Shown one piece after another: positions 60,093-64,000 of a stretch of DNA of 64,000 bases. Location: IMG/VR virus record IMGVR_UViG_3300015244_001866, positions 1 to 64,000 of that record, one strand, 5' to 3'. Position 1 is the first letter of the stretch; every line of letters starts with the position of its first letter. The DNA is from a virus. Below the pieces are notes generated by a model. The model was not told the origin of the DNA. It ran no database searches and saw nothing but the letters and a program-made list of their open reading frames with translations. The position numbers and the translations under genes were made by a program.

Positions 60093-60767
60093 ATGATGCA
60101 ACCTAACCTACTTTCCAATATTTTAATTAAAGAAAATGTAATTACTAAAGAAGGTATTAATTTTCTCTTAGACTATATGCGGACTTCTAAAAAAGAAGAC
60201 CTCTCAGTTTTTGATCCGGACAAGTCTAACGAAACTAGGGGCACCGAATGGGTCACTGATAAAAAATTCCGAGATACTCAGGTCTGTATTATAACTCCGC
60301 CTGTATTTGATCAAATAGAAGATCTCATGAAAAACATTGTTCGCAATGTAATCAATCCATTTTACGGATTTGAAGTCAAGGACAGCGAAGTACCACAACT
60401 ACTGCACTACGGTATAGGAGGACACTACCTGCCACACATCGACGGCTATGCCGAATGGACCAATCCAGATGGTACCAAACAGTGGCGCAAGAGTGTTGAT
60501 CGTGATCTAAGTTTTGTACTATATCTTAATAACGACTTTCAAGGAGGAGATTTTATCTTTCCCGGCCTCAATATTAAAATTAGACCCAAACCAGGAATGA
60601 TGATTGCCTTCCCCAGCACCCCAGAATATATACACGGTGTAGAACCAGTGACACAGGGCACCAGATTTAGCATTGTCACATGGATGACAGTCAAAGGATT
60701 TCCTACCATAGCTGATGAAGAACAAGAATTTCAAAAGAAATATGGACATATGATTAATAAGAAATGA
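60093..60767 (+). CDS. Prolyl 4-hydroxylase-like 2OG-Fe(II) oxygenase, leaderless
   Basis: QLLHYGIGGHYLPHID, RDLSFVLYLNNDFQGGDF and FPS...HGVEPVTQGTRFSIVTW. Confidence 0.9.
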   Translation: MMQPNLLSNILIKENVITKEGINFLLDYMRTSKKEDLSVFDPDKSNETRGTEWVTDKKFRDTQVCIITPPVFDQIEDLMKNIVRNVINPFYGFEVKDSEVPQLLHYGIGGHYLPHIDGYAEWTNPDGTKQWRKSVDRDLSFVLYLNNDFQGGDFIFPGLNIKIRPKPGMMIAFPSTPEYIHGVEPVTQGTRFSIVTWMTVKGFPTIADEEQEFQKKYGHMINKK

Positions 60768-61333
60768 GAGATTTAAAAGACTACATCTTATATCTACCTA
60801 ATTTTCTTCCTGTAGAATTATGTAACACAGTGGTAGATACATATCAAGACAGTAAGAGTTGGAAACAACACAGTTGGTATAATGCTAAAGAAGATCGTTT
60901 CAATCAATATTCACATGACTGTTATATACTAGCTCCCCAAGAATCACTCGAAACTGCCGCCGTGGCCAAATATCTAGACGCGGCCTCAGATGAAGCTATT
61001 AAACAATATTGTAAAAAGTTCGCTGTTGAAGGCATGATAAAAAATCGCACCTTTCCTAGATTAAATAGGTATGATGTTGATACACATATGAGTCCGCACT
61101 TTGATCATATACAGAGTATTTTTGATGGTGAAGAAAAAGGCATACCTATTCTCAGCGTCATAGGTAATCTAAATAGAAACTACGTGGGCGGCGAATTAAA
61201 ATTTTTTAGACAAGATATGTTATTAATGAACGTAGGAGATCTTGTGGTGTTTCCAAGTTGTTTCCTATACACGCATGAAGTCACTGCCGTAGAGCAGGGC
61301 ACTCGATACAGTTATGTTAGTTGGGCCTATTAA
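60764..61333 (+). CDS. Prolyl 4-hydroxylase-like 2OG-Fe(II) oxygenase
   Basis: NRY...HFDHI, LN.NYVGGEL and FPSCFLYTHEV...GTRYSYVSW. Confidence 0.88.
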   Translation: MRDLKDYILYLPNFLPVELCNTVVDTYQDSKSWKQHSWYNAKEDRFNQYSHDCYILAPQESLETAAVAKYLDAASDEAIKQYCKKFAVEGMIKNRTFPRLNRYDVDTHMSPHFDHIQSIFDGEEKGIPILSVIGNLNRNYVGGELKFFRQDMLLMNVGDLVVFPSCFLYTHEVTAVEQGTRYSYVSWAY

Positions 61334-61969
61334 ATGATCACAGTTATATTACCAAGTTTTGCCAGAGATACACTGAACAGAAGTCTCCAAAGTCTTATAA
61401 ATCAAACCAATCCTAATTGGTCCTGTCAGCTGGGACTGGATGGCTACTCTGCCCCCAGCGGAGGATCACAGTTTTTACTCAGTGGAAATCAGGTGCCTTT
61501 TCCCCTGTTGCAAGATTCTAGAATTAAGACAACCTACATACCACAGAAACTAGGCAACAAATACTACAGACAAGTTGAAACAGGCAACGGACAAGGCGGG
61601 CTAGTCCGAAACATTTTAATTGACAAGGCAGATACTGAATGGATTACATTTCTAGATGACGATGATACTTTTCACCCAGAATGCATACAGCGTTGCTATG
61701 ATGAAATTAATCAGGGTGGCTACGACTGCTACATACTAAAAAGAGCCTACGACCCGGGTTATCAGCAGGTAATTCCGCCTAGAGACTGTACAGAGCTGGA
61801 ACTAGGTAAGGTTAGCACTAGTTTTTTAGTAAATGTAGGGTTCCTAAGACAGCATGGCATAATATTTGTCAATGATAAATTTGAAGATTATATCTATGCT
61901 AAAATGATCGAAAGTGCGGGCGGGCGAATAAAATTCAGTGAGCATATAACTTATCACGTAGAGTTTTGA
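61334..61969 (+). CDS. Glycosyltransferase family 2-like
   Basis: ITVILPS, SLINQT, RN, WITFLDDDD and FED motifs. Confidence 0.85.
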   Translation: MITVILPSFARDTLNRSLQSLINQTNPNWSCQLGLDGYSAPSGGSQFLLSGNQVPFPLLQDSRIKTTYIPQKLGNKYYRQVETGNGQGGLVRNILIDKADTEWITFLDDDDTFHPECIQRCYDEINQGGYDCYILKRAYDPGYQQVIPPRDCTELELGKVSTSFLVNVGFLRQHGIIFVNDKFEDYIYAKMIESAGGRIKFSEHITYHVEF

Positions 61970-62009
61970 TTTTTGCTTGGTAAATACATACTACCGGAGT
62001 TAATTTCGA

Positions 62010-63890
62010 ATGACCATAGCATTTAATCTTGCTACACTACTGCTGACAACCAGCACCCAGGCTATTGCTACAGCCAGTACCGCTACAAATCTAAGTGGTG
62101 GAGTTGCCAATCAGATACCATATCAAACTGCTCCAGGGCAAACTAGCTATCTTACCGCAGGGACAGCAGGTCAGTTACTTTCAGTAGTTTCAGGTGCGCT
62201 AACCTGGGTCAGCACCAGTAGTCTAGGTATCGGTGGAGGGGGCGGCGCTACATTAAATGCTAGATGTGAATTTTTAGTTATTAGTCCAGCAGGTTCTTCT
62301 ACTGGCATTGGTAACATTGCCATAGGATGTTGTGCTCTTACTGGCAACACCACTGGCGCTTGTAACGTGGCACTTGGAGTGCTTGCACTAGGTAACAACA
62401 ACAGTGGCGTTGGCAACGTTGCTATTGGTACTAATGCACTACGTTGTAACATTACTGGATCTAATAGCGTTGCCATTGGGTACGGTGCTTTACTTGCTAG
62501 CCAGCATGGTACCCCTAACATTGCTATCGGGTGTTGTGCCCTCTATAGCAGTACAACTGGCAACGGTCGAAATGTAGCCATAGGAGGAGACGCTGCCAAA
62601 AGTAACACTACTGGATGTGATAATACCGCAGTTGGATGGCAAGCAATGTACGGAAATACCTCTGGTAGAACAAATGCTGCCTTCGGTTATGGCGCAATGC
62701 GCAACAACAAAACGGGCTATGGTAGCACAGCCATTGGCGCGGCAGCTCTGTGTAATAATGTACTCGGAGATACTAACACTGCTGTTGGAGGTATAGCCCT
62801 TCAAGGCATGGCCAGCGGTACCGCTAACACTGCCATCGGACATAAAGCCATGGGGGTCTGTTTAGGTACTCGAAACTGCAACACAGCACTAGGTAGCTGT
62901 GCAGGAATGTATATCACTACAGGACTATGTAATGTGTTTGTGGGAAATTTTGCTGGTAGCGGACTTACTACGGCATGCGGAAATACATTTGTTGGTGTAA
63001 GCTCAGGTGGGACCGTATCAACTGGAAATGACAATGTATTCGTTGGCAGAAGCGGTCAAGGAGCCATATCATTAGGTACTCCCTGCAGAAATATAGCCAT
63101 AGGCTACGGCTCTTTAAATTGTATGAATGGTCTCGGTAATATTGGTATTGGATCTAGTGCTGTAAGAGGACTAGGTGCCAACTCCACCGGTAATTATAAT
63201 GTTGCCATAGGTTACGATAATATGTACGGGGGACCAACTACTGGTTGTAGCAATATTGCCATAGGTGGAAGAGGTGCAATGTACAATATTACAAGTGGAA
63301 ATTGTAATATTGCTTTTGGATACGGCGCTTTGAGAACACTGACCATCGGTAATAGCAATATTGGTATTGGTGAACAAGCCCTGTGTGGAAACACCAGTTC
63401 ATGTAATGTAGCCATTGGAGGACTTGCTGGATGTTGTAACACCGCGGGCAGTAACAATATATTCGTTGGATATAATGCCCAACCTTCGGGCGGCACTAAT
63501 AATAATACCATCACGCTAGGTAATGCTTCAATTGCCTGTATTCGAGCGCAGATATCGACTATCACTGCGTTCTCTGACTGTCGTGATAAAACCAATATCT
63601 GTAATATACCTGTGGGATTAGATTTTATTCGTGCGCTAAGGCCTGTTAAGTTTGAATGGAACATGCGTGGTAATCCTACCGACGGCAAAAAAGGCACAGA
63701 CGAAGCAGGATTTCTTGCACAAGAACTAGACGAAGCTATACAAAAATTTGACGCCGAATGGATGCGATTGGTCAGTAAAGACAATCCTGAACGTTGGGAA
63801 GCAACCATTGGAAAACTTTTACCAGTTGTAGTTCGAGCAGTACAAGAACTTGCCGATCGAATGGAAGCTGTAGAAAAGAAAATCAATTAA
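62010..63890 (+). CDS. Cys-rich beta-roll tail fibre with C-terminal intramolecular chaperone (Peptidase S74-like)
   Basis: NxAIG repeats, then SDCRDKTNI...GLDFIRALRPVKFEW...GFLAQEL and a terminal coiled coil. Confidence 0.88.
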   Translation: MTIAFNLATLLLTTSTQAIATASTATNLSGGVANQIPYQTAPGQTSYLTAGTAGQLLSVVSGALTWVSTSSLGIGGGGGATLNARCEFLVISPAGSSTGIGNIAIGCCALTGNTTGACNVALGVLALGNNNSGVGNVAIGTNALRCNITGSNSVAIGYGALLASQHGTPNIAIGCCALYSSTTGNGRNVAIGGDAAKSNTTGCDNTAVGWQAMYGNTSGRTNAAFGYGAMRNNKTGYGSTAIGAAALCNNVLGDTNTAVGGIALQGMASGTANTAIGHKAMGVCLGTRNCNTALGSCAGMYITTGLCNVFVGNFAGSGLTTACGNTFVGVSSGGTVSTGNDNVFVGRSGQGAISLGTPCRNIAIGYGSLNCMNGLGNIGIGSSAVRGLGANSTGNYNVAIGYDNMYGGPTTGCSNIAIGGRGAMYNITSGNCNIAFGYGALRTLTIGNSNIGIGEQALCGNTSSCNVAIGGLAGCCNTAGSNNIFVGYNAQPSGGTNNNTITLGNASIACIRAQISTITAFSDCRDKTNICNIPVGLDFIRALRPVKFEWNMRGNPTDGKKGTDEAGFLAQELDEAIQKFDAEWMRLVSKDNPERWEATIGKLLPVVVRAVQELADRMEAVEKKIN

Positions 63891-63911
63891 TTTTTCAGCA
63901 AATTATATACC

Positions 63912-63951
63912 TATAAATATCTTGACATTAACTGGTCAGTTATTTTATAAT
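63912..63951 (+). promoter_or_regulatory. Tandem late (TATAAATA) and sigma70-consensus (TTGACA-N18-TATAAT) promoters
   Basis: TATAAATA 63912-63919, TTGACA 63922-63927, TATAAT 63946-63951. Confidence 0.75.
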
Positions 63952-63959
63952 AGGTACAT

Positions 63960-64000
63960 ATGAAAAAAATCATTTACATCGATGGCGGTGCAGGCCGCGT
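63960..64000 (+). CDS. 5' fragment of a gene (MKKIIYIDGGAGR), possibly a GT-B/GT9-like glycosyltransferase
   Basis: Only 13 codons visible; a beta-strand followed by a GGxG loop fits a Rossmann-like start. Confidence 0.4.
   Translation, partial: MKKIIYIDGGAGR

Noticed and set aside
42942-61969. Reading the enzymes as a DNA hypermodification or host LPS/capsule locus
   Set aside because: No nucleotide-modifying, sugar-nucleotide synthesis, flippase or polymerase genes here, and the enzymes sit under late-type promoters between structural genes. This reading is disfavoured, not excluded.
63212-63886. 224-aa minus-strand ORF and the many other short antisense or overlapping ORFs in the track
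   Set aside because: They shadow well-supported plus-strand genes with biased codon use, and I saw no promoters, SDs or recognisable motifs for them.
27096-63890. Genetic-code reassignment as the explanation for excess Cys, or stop-codon recoding
   Set aside because: Long ORFs are intact under the standard code. Cys is used normally in conserved core motifs (FYCPY in the capsid protein), and the excess is confined to specific domains.
1-64000. tRNA, rRNA, integrase, transposase, intron or intein
   Set aside because: None recognised by eye; the portal, protease and capsid genes are uninterrupted.

Overview
This 64-kb window is part of the late (virion morphogenesis) region of a large T4-like (jumbo-type) myophage; the host cannot be determined from it. 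From left to right it contains: (i) a structured non-coding stretch at the window edge; (ii) a gp26/gp51-like tail-chaperone pair on the minus strand, divergent from a tape-measure-like gene; (iii) the T4-like head module (portal, acidic core protein, prohead protease, scaffold, major capsid); (iv) about 30 kb of very long Gly/Thr-rich virion fibre or appendage genes, several carrying YadA-head-like 17-aa repeats loaded with cysteine; and (v) a ~21-kb block in which three paralogous ~1300-aa proteins, each with four six-bladed Kelch-like propellers and Pro-rich loops, alternate with three glycosyltransferases, four 2OG-Fe(II) oxygenase-fold proteins and a sulfotransferase. The strongest candidate for an undescribed system is a phage-encoded pathway that chemically decorates virion proteins: proline hydroxylation, glycosylation and sulfation of the propellers, and possibly Cys-directed modification of the fibres. 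Other notable signals are a G/GT-type -1 frameshift site linking the gp26-like and gp51-like ORFs (masked by a 29-bp tandem duplication), five leaderless late genes with an exact TAAATA-N5-ATG layout, phycobiliprotein-like C-x-R-D motifs in a 1551-aa virion protein, and structured 5' leaders. All family calls come from motif recognition by eye; no database search was run.
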